In this document: positions 35,959 through 45,106 of the stretch, one piece after another
Numbering within the stretch: the first letter of the stretch is position 1
How the letters are laid out: each line of letters begins with the position of its first letter
DNA from: Polyangiales bacterium
GTDB lineage: Bacteria > Myxococcota_A > Polyangia > Polyangiales > Ga0077539
Direction of reading: 5' to 3'
Assembly (NCBI GenBank): GCA_044229975.1
Contig: JBGARZ010000012.1
Span: 286,525 to 350,524, forward strand
Length of the DNA: 64,000 nucleotides
Position numbers and translations under genes: made by a program
The notes under the pieces: model-generated
What the model was told of the DNA's origin: nothing
The model's input: only the letters and a program-made list of their open reading frames with translations
The model's database searches: none

Positions 35959-36753
35959 ATGCTTACCCGCGCGGTAAAGCTCTGCCTCCCCCTGCTGCTC
36001 GCCGCGCCCTCTGCGCTCGCGGTCGACCTGACCACCTCGCGGCGGCTGGAGCTCAACCTCCTCGGCGGCTCGATCGTCGACTACTCGGTGCTCGGCGTCT
36101 CGGCGGGGCTCTTCGCCGTCGGCGCCCTGGTGCTGGAGCCGCCCTCCACGTCGCAGATCGCGCCCCTCGACGGCCTCGGCCACCGGGACCGCAACGTTCC
36201 CATCGGTCTCACCACCGACCTCGTCTTCGCGGTGGGCTCCATGGGCGCCATCGGCGGGGCCTTCCTGGTCGAGCGCGGCCTCGGCGCGCGCGGCTGGCTG
36301 TGGATTCGCACGGCGCGCATCCTGCTCGAAGCCGAGGCCGTCACGCTGGGCGTCGTCACCATCGTCAAGAACTTCGGCGGCGTCTGCCGGCCCCGCGCGT
36401 GGGACGACGCCACCGCCTCCTGCGACAGCACCAACCCCGAAGACCGTCGCTCGTTTCCGTCGGGCCACACCGCCCCGCTCGCGGCGCTCTCGGGCGCGTC
36501 GCTCGGCATGTGGCTGCTCCCGTCGGGCCCGCGCAGCCGCGGCCACGCCGCGCTCTTCTTCGCCACCACCGCGCTCGCGGCCACCAACACGGTGCTGCGC
36601 GTCGCCGCGGGCGCCCACTCCTGGGTCGACACCTCCGTCGGCTTCGGCCTCGGCTTCGGGCTCGGCTTCGCCACTGCCGCACTGCACGTCCGCAGCGTCC
36701 CCGTGGTGGTGAGCGCGTCGACGTCGGGCGTCTCGCTGTCGGGGAGCTGGTAG
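35959..36753 (+). CDS. PAP2 family phosphatase
   Basis: K....RP, SFPSGHT, LRVAAGAHSWVD. Confidence 0.9.
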   Translation: MLTRAVKLCLPLLLAAPSALAVDLTTSRRLELNLLGGSIVDYSVLGVSAGLFAVGALVLEPPSTSQIAPLDGLGHRDRNVPIGLTTDLVFAVGSMGAIGGAFLVERGLGARGWLWIRTARILLEAEAVTLGVVTIVKNFGGVCRPRAWDDATASCDSTNPEDRRSFPSGHTAPLAALSGASLGMWLLPSGPRSRGHAALFFATTALAATNTVLRVAAGAHSWVDTSVGFGLGFGLGFATAALHVRSVPVVVSASTSGVSLSGSW

Positions 36754-36770
36754 GGGGCGCCCGATTCCCC

Positions 36771-38912
36771 CTACTCCGTCACCAGCTCCCCCTCGAACAG
36801 ATCGAAGATCGCGTCATCCGCCCGGCTCTCCGGGTTGCGCGCGAGCGCCCTCGCCACCAGCCAGTGGCGCCCCGCGGTCATCTCGATGGGCCTCGACCAC
36901 TCGCCCGTCGCCGGCGCCGCGGTCGCCGCGTAGCCGTCCCACGGCACCAGCAACCGCCCCTCGATCGAGAGCTGAAACCGCCCCTGGTCGGGCCCCGTCA
37001 CGCCGCGCATCCGGAAGCGGTACCGCCCCGCGTGCGCCAGATCGAACGGAACCCCCAACCGCCCGCCACGCTCCACCGCGAACACCCGCAGCGCCCGCTG
37101 ACCGCTCGTCGGGATGAGGCAGCACTCCAGCGTGTGGATGATGCCCGCGCTCAGCCCGATGGGGCGCTGCAACGACGGCCACGCGCGCTCCATCTCCACC
37201 CGCAGCCCCGGCCCCGGCGCGCTCGACCCCACGCGCAACACCCGCCGCTCATCCACCACCAGGAACACCGGCAGCTCCGGGTGGTAGCGCCGCAGGTCGG
37301 CCTCGCCCGCGTTGTCGGAGTACACCAGCACGCGCTCGTCGCCGTCGCTCCAGGGGTCGAGCGCTTCGAGGTACGAGTGCACGTCGGGGATCAACACGAT
37401 GCCCCGCTCGATGTGCTCCCGCGCCATCACCGGACGGATCGGGATGCGCGGGTCCTGCACCCGATGGATGCTCGCGAGGCCGACGCGCCACATCGACGGG
37501 AGCATCACCCCGCCGAAGGCCAGGTAGCCCAGCGCGAAAGCTCCCTGCCACTGCTCCTTCGTCCAACGGCGGAGCGACGCCGCGCGACCCGCTTCACCCA
37601 TGGCCCGCGCCAGCAAGGCCGCCACGAAGGGCATCGCCGGGAAGACGTGCCGCGCGCCATGAACGATCCCGTTGCCGTAATAGAACAGCCCGTACACCAC
37701 GGTGAGCGCCACCGCGAAGAGCCCCGCGACGAGGGCCTCGGTCGAGGGCCACACCACCAGCGCGACGAAGGCGAGGACGGCCATCCACGCGGCGAAGAAG
37801 TTCTCGTCGCCGAAGCGGCCGGTGCGCTCGGACACGATGCGGAAGGCGTCGTCGGGCGTGTACCCGTCCTCGCCGAACGAACGTCGCTCGCCCGGGTGTT
37901 CGAGCGAGCACCCGATCTCGCGGCCGAAGCCGAGGCGCAGGCACCCACGCGGATGATCTGATCGGTTGGCGTATTCGAGCACCGTGGCCGTGCGGAAGTC
38001 GCCCGTCCCCGCGCGCTGCTGCGTCGCCACCATCGCGATGAACGGCAGCCCCGCCAGCACGCCCACCGCGATGAGCTTCGCCGGGAAGCGCCGCGTGATC
38101 GCCGCGTAGCCCAGCGTCGCCGCCACCACCGACGCCAGGACGAAGCCGTCGAGCATGCGCGCCGAGAACACCCAGCCCACGCACGCGCCCAGCAGCACCG
38201 CGCGACGCCAGGTGGGGGACGTCCGGAGGTCGAGCGCGAGCACGATCGCGAAGGCGCAGAGCACCCCGACGAAGGCGTGCGAGAGCAGGTCGGAGGTCTC
38301 GACGCCGCGCGCGTAGGTGGGAGCCGCCATGAGCAGCGAGAGCCGCGCCGTGAACTCGTCTTGCGTCACGCGCTTCGCGAGCAGGTACTGCGCGATGGCG
38401 AGCGCGCCGCCGACGACGATGCCCGACAGCCACGGGATTCCGAGGCGTACGAAGGGCGCGAGGAAGAGCGGATAGCCCGGCACGAACACGCTGTGAAAGC
38501 GCCCGTCCCTCCCCTCGACGAGGAACTTCACCGACGACGCGAGCCGCGGCGCCGACACCGGGATCGCGAGGTCGAGGTGCCCCAGCGCCCTCCCCTGGAG
38601 GATGTAGATGCACGCGTCGCCGGAGATGACCTGGCCGTGCATCGCGCCGCGCCACATCCACGCCGTGAGGGCGCCGCTCGCGACCACGGCGACGCCCACG
38701 AAGGCCCACGTCGGCAGCGCCAGCAGCGCCACCCGCAGCGCCTTGCCCACCGCGGGTACGAGCAAGCACACCGCCGCCGCCACGGCCATCGCCGCGAGCG
38801 CCTTGAGGAGCAGCGGCTCGTGGACGTCGGCCTTCATCGCCGCCCAGGAGAGCGCGGCCCACGCCACGAGCATCGCCGCGCCCGCCGCGCGCTGGACCCA
38901 CGGGCTGTTCAT
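36771..38912 (-). CDS. Multi-TM GT-C-like glycosyltransferase
   Basis: DACIY..Q after an early TM, PGYP, many TM helices, GARHVF, soluble C-terminal domain. Confidence 0.7.
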   Translation of the reverse strand: MNSPWVQRAAGAAMLVAWAALSWAAMKADVHEPLLLKALAAMAVAAAVCLLVPAVGKALRVALLALPTWAFVGVAVVASGALTAWMWRGAMHGQVISGDACIYILQGRALGHLDLAIPVSAPRLASSVKFLVEGRDGRFHSVFVPGYPLFLAPFVRLGIPWLSGIVVGGALAIAQYLLAKRVTQDEFTARLSLLMAAPTYARGVETSDLLSHAFVGVLCAFAIVLALDLRTSPTWRRAVLLGACVGWVFSARMLDGFVLASVVAATLGYAAITRRFPAKLIAVGVLAGLPFIAMVATQQRAGTGDFRTATVLEYANRSDHPRGCLRLGFGREIGCSLEHPGERRSFGEDGYTPDDAFRIVSERTGRFGDENFFAAWMAVLAFVALVVWPSTEALVAGLFAVALTVVYGLFYYGNGIVHGARHVFPAMPFVAALLARAMGEAGRAASLRRWTKEQWQGAFALGYLAFGGVMLPSMWRVGLASIHRVQDPRIPIRPVMAREHIERGIVLIPDVHSYLEALDPWSDGDERVLVYSDNAGEADLRRYHPELPVFLVVDERRVLRVGSSAPGPGLRVEMERAWPSLQRPIGLSAGIIHTLECCLIPTSGQRALRVFAVERGGRLGVPFDLAHAGRYRFRMRGVTGPDQGRFQLSIEGRLLVPWDGYAATAAPATGEWSRPIEMTAGRHWLVARALARNPESRADDAIFDLFEGELVTE

Positions 38913-38919
38913 CGAAACC

Positions 38920-40272
38920 CTAACCCTGCAACCGCGCGAGCAGCTCTCCCGCCACGCGCTCGCCGCTCTGCACGGCGCCTTCCATGTAGCCCGTCCACGC
39001 GGTGGCGGTCTCTGTTCCTGCGAAGTGCACGCGACCCATCGGCGCGCGGAGCAACGGACCTTCGACGGAGAGCGACCCGAGCACCGGGTTGCACACGGGG
39101 CAGCCGCCCGTCCACGGATCTTCGGCCCAGTCCTTCTCGATCATCGCGTGGGGCGCACCGCCCGCCTCGCCGAACCACCCCTTGAGCTGCGCACGAACGC
39201 GCGCCAGGCGCTCCTCCTTCGGCGTCATGCTCCAGGCGCGGGCGTGACGGCCGACCACGAAGCAGAGCAGCGCGGCGACCTTGCCGTCGACGCTGGTGTT
39301 GTCCACCACGTAGCTCACGGGGCCTTCGTCCGAGACGAGCTCGCCCGCGACGCCCTGCTCCTTCCAGAACGGTCGATCGTAGATGGCGGCGACCTTCACG
39401 GTGGCGCCCATGGGCATGCGCGACCAGAGGCGCGAGCGGGCGGTCTCGGGCTCCGGGTCGAAGGTCATCTTCGGCAGGAGCGACGGCGGCAGACACAGCG
39501 CGACGTAGCGCCCGTCGATGGTCTCGGCGTCGGTGGCGACCGAGACGTGGTCGTCGCGCTGGGTGACGGAGCGCACCGGGGCGTCGAGGGTGATGTGCTC
39601 GGCGAGGCCACGCGCGAGGTGCTGCGCGAAGGCGCCGGCGCCCTCGACGAGGCGGGTCTCCTGCGAGCCGTTGTCGATCTCCGTGTGCGAGAGGAAGTTG
39701 TCGCCCGCTCGCATGTAATAGAGAAACCAGAGCGCGGAGATTTCCGCGGGCTCGACGCCGAGCACGGTGCGCACGGAGACGTCGAAGAGGTCGCGCGAGC
39801 GGCGGGTGTGGAGCTGGGCGTCGCGCCACTGCGACAGCGGCAGGTGGTCGAGCGCGGTCGCGTCGGTGAGGGACCACGGCGCCTCGACGTCGACCTTGTT
39901 GGCGAGGCGGTCGAGCTTCCAGATGGAGAGCTGCATCTCGGCGAGCTCGAAGGGGTTGAGTCGGGGGATGCGGCCCTGCCAGCGCATCATCTTTCCGCCC
40001 ATCCACATGCGGCGTTCGCCGTCGTGGAAGGTCTTGAAGCGCTCCATCTTGAAGCGGTCGGCGAGGGCGATCATGCGCGACTGGGTGGGGCCGATCCACT
40101 GGGCGCCGAGGTCGAAGGTGGCGCCGTCGAGCTCGGCGAGCTCGGTGCGGCCGCCGACGCGGGGGCGGGCTTCGAGCACCCGCACGCGGGCTCCACCGGC
40201 GACGAGGCGCTCAGCCGCGGTGAGGCCCGCGAGGCCGGCGCCGACGACCAGGACGTCGTTCATCTGCGACAT
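38920..40272 (-). CDS. Flavin monoamine oxidase family protein
   Basis: VGAGLAGL, EARPRVGGR, DLGAQWIG, DW..DPWTGG, FAGTE..GYMEGAV.SGER. Confidence 0.94.
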   Translation of the reverse strand: MSQMNDVLVVGAGLAGLTAAERLVAGGARVRVLEARPRVGGRTELAELDGATFDLGAQWIGPTQSRMIALADRFKMERFKTFHDGERRMWMGGKMMRWQGRIPRLNPFELAEMQLSIWKLDRLANKVDVEAPWSLTDATALDHLPLSQWRDAQLHTRRSRDLFDVSVRTVLGVEPAEISALWFLYYMRAGDNFLSHTEIDNGSQETRLVEGAGAFAQHLARGLAEHITLDAPVRSVTQRDDHVSVATDAETIDGRYVALCLPPSLLPKMTFDPEPETARSRLWSRMPMGATVKVAAIYDRPFWKEQGVAGELVSDEGPVSYVVDNTSVDGKVAALLCFVVGRHARAWSMTPKEERLARVRAQLKGWFGEAGGAPHAMIEKDWAEDPWTGGCPVCNPVLGSLSVEGPLLRAPMGRVHFAGTETATAWTGYMEGAVQSGERVAGELLARLQG

Positions 40273-40343
40273 GCGGGAGCGTATACCAAGGGCGTGTTGC
40301 GCTTGTCTTGGGCGGCGGTGCGGCCCATACGATCGGGCGCGTG

Positions 40344-41513
40344 ATGAAGCATCCGTCGCGGTACGTTCGGCTCGATCAGGCGCGCGCCCGGTACGGCAAC
40401 AAGAGGGTCGAGCGCTTCGGGGAGTTCTTGATGGAGGGCGACCCCCTCGCCGACAGCGTCATCGATGCGTTGGCGGCGCTGCCGGTGCCCGCGCGGCAGG
40501 CGATGATCGACCGCGCGCTCGACGAGGGCATCGACGCGGTGCCCGAGGCACCAGAGGCGATGCGGGCGCTCTTCGCGCAGCTCGATCGGGTGCCGTTCTG
40601 GATGGATGAGGCGCGGGTCGACCGCGGGGGTGCGGCGTTTCTGCGGTCGGGCGTGCTGGGCGGCGTGGTGCTGGGGGCGTACTCGCTGGTGGCGGGCTAC
40701 TGCTCCCCAGCGGGCAACAAGCCGCTGGCGCTCTCGGGGCGGCTGTCGTCGGACGCTTCGCGGCGCCTCGCGGAGACCTCGCGCTTCGTGCAGGCGGTGT
40801 CCAGTCCGGGCGGGATGCGGCGCTTCGGGGACGGGTTCAAGTCGGTGGTGAAGGTGCGGCTGATGCACGCGAGCATCCGCCAGATGCTGCGCCGCTCTCC
40901 GAAGTGGAACACCCCGGCGTGGGGCGTTCCCATCAACCAATACGACATGAGCGGGACGACGCTGCTCTTCTCCTTTGTCGCGATGGATGGCCTCGACAAG
41001 ATGGGCTTTTCGTTGATGTCCGAAGAGCGCGAGGACTTCATGCATCTGTGGCGCTATTGCGGATATCTCATCGGGGTCGACGAGGAGCTGCGGTGCGCGA
41101 CGGAGGCCGAGGCGCGCGAGCTGTGGGAGCTGCTGTCGACGACGCAGGCGCCGCCGGACGACGACTCGCGGGCGCTGGCGCACGCGCTGCTCGACAGCGG
41201 GGTGACGGGCGCGCGGACACCCGAAGAGCGGGCGCGGGCCGAGCGGCTGCGCGTGGCGGGCTACGCGCTGTCGCGGCACCTGATGGGCGACCAGTTCGCG
41301 GACTGGCTGGGGTACCCGAAGACGCCGTGGCGACACGCGGTGCGGGCGTTTCAGGTGGTCAACGAGCGCGCGGCGGGGGTGGTCGCGAAGACGACGGGGC
41401 TGCCCTTCGCGCGGGTCGAACGGGGGATGCGCTACTGGCGCTTCGTGGTGGAGCAGGGGCTGCGCGGGGTGCCGGCGACGTTTGCGATGCCCGATGGGGT
41501 CGCGCGAGGGTGA
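40344..41513 (+). CDS. DUF2236/MpaB (Lcp-like) oxygenase family protein
   Basis: GDPLAD, RRLAET, KVRLMHASIR, WGVPINQYDM, HLWRYCGYLIG. Confidence 0.88.
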   Translation: MKHPSRYVRLDQARARYGNKRVERFGEFLMEGDPLADSVIDALAALPVPARQAMIDRALDEGIDAVPEAPEAMRALFAQLDRVPFWMDEARVDRGGAAFLRSGVLGGVVLGAYSLVAGYCSPAGNKPLALSGRLSSDASRRLAETSRFVQAVSSPGGMRRFGDGFKSVVKVRLMHASIRQMLRRSPKWNTPAWGVPINQYDMSGTTLLFSFVAMDGLDKMGFSLMSEEREDFMHLWRYCGYLIGVDEELRCATEAEARELWELLSTTQAPPDDDSRALAHALLDSGVTGARTPEERARAERLRVAGYALSRHLMGDQFADWLGYPKTPWRHAVRAFQVVNERAAGVVAKTTGLPFARVERGMRYWRFVVEQGLRGVPATFAMPDGVARG

Positions 41514-41524
41514 CGGGCTCCCGC

Positions 41525-41539
41525 TGGCACAGCACGTGA
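41525..41539 (+). promoter_or_regulatory. Possible sigma54-type promoter (atypical -12)
   Basis: TGGCACAGCACGTGA: good -24 element, but GA instead of GC at -12; about 63 bp upstream of ATG 41603. Confidence 0.3.
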
Positions 41540-41602
41540 AACCCGATCGGCCGAGGGGTTCAACGCACCTCGCGTGAAATCCTTCTCCGTCGGGAGTGAG
41601 CC

Positions 41603-42601
41603 ATGTCGTCTGTTGGGAAGAGGGTCTTCGTCGGGTTGGCCAGCGTCTTGGGCGTCGGGGCGGTGCTGTGGGGCGGCTTCGGCCTCAACTACTGGATCGC
41701 CTTGAAGGACGACAGCCACGTCGTCACCGGCGCCGTCGCGGTGCGCAGCGGCAGCGAGGCGTACGTCGCGGTGTCGGGCTACGCGGTGCGCATCTCCGAG
41801 AGCGGCGACCGCGGGCACCGCCGCACGCGCACGTCGTTTTTTCCGCGGCTCACGACGTACCGCCTCTCGGATGGCGCGCCCGTCGCGAGGCGGCAGTACA
41901 GCGAGCTGTTTCCGCGGTTCTCGTATGTCGACACGGTGGTGCGCGCGCTCACCGCGACGCCGGGCCGGCTGTGGGTCATGAGCAGCGATCGGGCGACGGC
42001 GCTCCACGCGGTCGACCCGGTGACGCTCGCCGACGTCATCGACCACCACGCGCTGGAGGCGAGGGTTCCGGCGCTCGCGGCGGGGCTGCACATGGCGCGC
42101 GGCTCGTCGGAGTCTGCCGTCAACGTCGTGCGCGGCGAACTGGTCTTCCGGGTCAACTCGGGGGCGTGGCTGTCGCTCGACCCGGCGGCCGTGACGGCCC
42201 GCACGCTCGCCCCCGACGGCCGCGACACCGAAGAGACGCGTCGCGCCGAGCCGGCCCGCAGCAACCCCGCCGTCGAGCGCGCGGTCGCCAACCGACCCGA
42301 GTGGCTGGAGCCCGAGGTGGTCGCGGTGAGCGACGTCGACGGCGTGGCCGACCCGGGGGTGAGCTACGTGGTCACGCGCTCGTCCCTCGACGGCGACACC
42401 GCCCGCGTCCGCGTCACCCGCTGGAACACCACCGGCCCGACGCCCGTCGCGGCCTGGACGCAGTCGCTCGACGCGGTCGCGCCGGCGTGTTGCCAGCGAC
42501 TCGTGTGGCGCCACCAGGGCGCCGCGGTGCTCTGGTACGACCACTGGCTCATCGCGCTCGACGACGCGACGGGCGCGACCCGCTGGGTGCGACGCCTGTA
42601 A
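41603..42601 (+). CDS. Membrane-anchored hypothetical protein (PA2928-like, probable beta-propeller)
   Basis: N-terminal TM; ends LIALDDATGATRW; TAA stop. Confidence 0.7.
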   Translation: MSSVGKRVFVGLASVLGVGAVLWGGFGLNYWIALKDDSHVVTGAVAVRSGSEAYVAVSGYAVRISESGDRGHRRTRTSFFPRLTTYRLSDGAPVARRQYSELFPRFSYVDTVVRALTATPGRLWVMSSDRATALHAVDPVTLADVIDHHALEARVPALAAGLHMARGSSESAVNVVRGELVFRVNSGAWLSLDPAAVTARTLAPDGRDTEETRRAEPARSNPAVERAVANRPEWLEPEVVAVSDVDGVADPGVSYVVTRSSLDGDTARVRVTRWNTTGPTPVAAWTQSLDAVAPACCQRLVWRHQGAAVLWYDHWLIALDDATGATRWVRRL

Positions 42602-42780
42602 GGGCTCTCCAGGGTATGGGATGGGCTGATCGCACGCCCAGTCCGGCCGCCCTGCGGCTTACGTCCTCACTCGACTCCCGCGCCGTAGCAACGCTACGGC
42701 TTGGTCGCTCGCTCCGGGCGCGCTCGCAGGTCGACTCGGCCTGGACGCACGCTCAGCCCACCCCATACCCTGGAGAGCCC
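42602..42780. mobile_element. 179-bp MITE with about 28-bp terminal inverted repeats and a TAA target-site duplication
   Basis: GGGCTCTCCAGGGTATGGGATGGGCTGA ... TCAGCCCACCCCATACCCTGGAGAGCCC (one mismatch), flanked by TAA at 42599-42601 and 42781-42783. Confidence 0.85.
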
Positions 42781-42819
42781 TAACACGCCGACACGTGCCA
42801 GCGCGCGACACGGGTTGTG

Positions 42820-43278
42820 TCAGCGCTTCGTCGGGTCGCCCTGCTTCGCGTTGAGCGCGACGGCCTCCTTCACCATGCGGGTGATCTCGGCGGTCGGAAC
42901 CTCCGCGAGCGACGCCACCTTGAGGTGCTTCATGCGGTCGCCCTCCCCTTCGAGCAGTCCCTTCGGGTCGGCGAGCTCGGCGCCCCGCCAGAACCCGAAG
43001 GTCACGTGGTTCTTCGAGGCCCGCACATACGCGAACGGGCCGCTCGACTCGAACACCGGCTGCGACCACTTGATCGCGACCGTCGCCGCGGGTGCAGCCG
43101 CGCGTACCAGCTTCGCGAGCGCCTCGACGACTGGTCGCCACCCCTCATCGACGCCCTGGAGGTACGTCTCGAAGGTCATCCCTGCCTTGGGCGACACCTT
43201 GGGCACCACCCGCTTCGTCGGAGCCGTCTTCGCGGTCGGCTTCTTCTCTGTCGTCGCGGTCTTCTTCGCGGTGGCCAT
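42820..43278 (-). CDS. DUF1801 domain protein
   Basis: IKWSQPVF, HVTFGFWRGAELADPKGLLEGEGDRMKHLK. Confidence 0.88.
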   Translation of the reverse strand: MATAKKTATTEKKPTAKTAPTKRVVPKVSPKAGMTFETYLQGVDEGWRPVVEALAKLVRAAAPAATVAIKWSQPVFESSGPFAYVRASKNHVTFGFWRGAELADPKGLLEGEGDRMKHLKVASLAEVPTAEITRMVKEAVALNAKQGDPTKR

Positions 43279-43328
43279 CGTGGGTGCTCCTTCGGCGCGA
43301 GCATCTCACACCCCGCCGCCGACACCCC

Positions 43329-44456
43329 TCAGTCCACCGCCTCCAACGACGGCGGTCGCAGCACGCAGCCGCCGACCACCTCACCCCGCCACTTCGCCCG
43401 CATCGCCTCCTTGAACTCCCCCAGCGGGAAGACGTGCGAGACGTGCGGACGGAGCGTCGCCTCGGCGGCCCACGCAAGCACGTAGGCGAGCCGCGGCGGG
43501 CGCAGCGACGGGTCGTGCACCGTTGAGATGACCGTCGGGCAGCCGAGCACGTCGAGGCCCTTCATCATGATGAGGTTGGTCGGGAGCTGGTTGGCGTTGG
43601 GCGCCCCGCGCATCCCCTTCGCCCGGGCGACGAAGGGCGTCGCGGCCCACCCCACCACGAGGTACCGCGCGCCGAAGCGAACGCACCGCAGGCTCTCCAC
43701 GGACACCTCGTCGCCGCCGACGCCGTCGTAGACCACATCGACGCCGCGGCCTCCCGTCAGCGACTTCACCTCGTCGCGGAAGGGGAGCGATCCGTCGGGG
43801 CCGCGCGTGCACAGGACGTGGTCGGCGCCCTCCGCGCGCACCACCGCGAGCTTCTCCGTCGAGCGCCCGGTGGCGATGACCGTGGCGCCGATGCGCTTGG
43901 CGAGGTGCACGGCGGCGAGGCCCGTCGACCCGGACGCCCCATGGATGAGCACGGTCTCTCCGGGTTGGAGTCGGCCGCGCGTCACGAGGCAGTGGTAGGC
44001 GGTCTCGTAGTTGCCGAGCAGGTTGCACGCCTGGTCGAAGGAGAGCTCGCCAGGCACGCGGTGCACCGCCTCGATGGGTGCGACGCCGTACGACGCGAAG
44101 CCGCCCCACGCCTGGTAGGCGCCGAGCGAGCGCGGACCGGCGAGCAGCCCGTCGACGAGCACGCGGTCGCCGACCTCGATGCCCGTTGCGAGAGGTCCGC
44201 GCCAGGCGACGGTTCCGGCGTATTCGAGGCCGGGCGTGTACGGTGGCTTCGGTGGGTGCTGGTACTGCCCGCTGGTCATGAGCAGGTCGACCCAGCCGAC
44301 GGATGCGCTGGCGATGGCAATGAGAACGTCGCGCTCACCGAGCGCCGCGACGTCGGGCGCGGGCATGGCGACGAGCGAGGCGTGGTGCTCGATGGCGTCG
44401 AGCGGCGCCTCACCGAGCTCGGAGACGAGGACACGCTGGCCGGGGAGGAGGGTCAT
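43329..44456 (-). CDS. NADPH:quinone oxidoreductase (MDR family)
   Basis: GQYQ..P.PPYTPGLEYAG, IHGASGSTG, GVDVVYDGVGG. Confidence 0.92.
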   Translation of the reverse strand: MTLLPGQRVLVSELGEAPLDAIEHHASLVAMPAPDVAALGERDVLIAIASASVGWVDLLMTSGQYQHPPKPPYTPGLEYAGTVAWRGPLATGIEVGDRVLVDGLLAGPRSLGAYQAWGGFASYGVAPIEAVHRVPGELSFDQACNLLGNYETAYHCLVTRGRLQPGETVLIHGASGSTGLAAVHLAKRIGATVIATGRSTEKLAVVRAEGADHVLCTRGPDGSLPFRDEVKSLTGGRGVDVVYDGVGGDEVSVESLRCVRFGARYLVVGWAATPFVARAKGMRGAPNANQLPTNLIMMKGLDVLGCPTVISTVHDPSLRPPRLAYVLAWAAEATLRPHVSHVFPLGEFKEAMRAKWRGEVVGGCVLRPPSLEAVD

Positions 44457-44511
44457 CGCGGGCGATGATCGCCCAGGACGGAGCGTCGGTGTCGGCAGAG
44501 AGCGGCAGCCC

Positions 44512-45063
44512 CTACAGCAGCGGCTCGATGGCCCGCGCGAGCTCTTCCTCCGACGCGGTGCCCGCGTGGCGCAGCCGCACCTCGCCGTTTTTGTCGACGA
44601 GCACCAGCGTGGGCAAGCCCTGCACGTTGAACGCACGCGACCCCTGACCGCCGACGTCATACACCATCAGGTAATCGAGCCCGAAGCGGCGGCGAAACTG
44701 CGGCACCAGCGCGGGGCCGCCCTCGTCGACGTTGACCCCCACGACCTGCAAGCCGCGACTCGCGTAACGACGGTGCAGCGACGCGAGGATGGGCAGCTCG
44801 ACCCGGCACGGCGCGCACCACGTGGCCCAGAAATCCAGCAGCACCGGCGAGCCGCGCAGCGCCCGCAGGTGCACCCGCTCGCTGGAGAACTCCCCCGCCG
44901 TGCTGATGGCCGGGAGGTCGAAGTCCGCCGCGGGGCCGTAGTGCCTCGGGCGCAACCCCATGAACAACAGCGACCCCAGCAGCACCACCCCCAGCACAGG
45001 GAACAACACCCGCTCGGCGAGCAGGCGATCGACGAGCGTGGGCTTCGGGGGGGGAGATGCCAT
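44512..45063 (-). CDS. TlpA/ResA-like thiol-disulfide oxidoreductase
   Basis: N-terminal TM; DFWATWCAPC, GLPTLVLVD. Confidence 0.93.
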   Translation of the reverse strand: MASPPPKPTLVDRLLAERVLFPVLGVVLLGSLLFMGLRPRHYGPAADFDLPAISTAGEFSSERVHLRALRGSPVLLDFWATWCAPCRVELPILASLHRRYASRGLQVVGVNVDEGGPALVPQFRRRFGLDYLMVYDVGGQGSRAFNVQGLPTLVLVDKNGEVRLRHAGTASEEELARAIEPLL

Positions 45064-45106
45064 GGGCGAGGCGGACGATCCCACGAACGGCCGCGAAGGC
45101 AAGACC

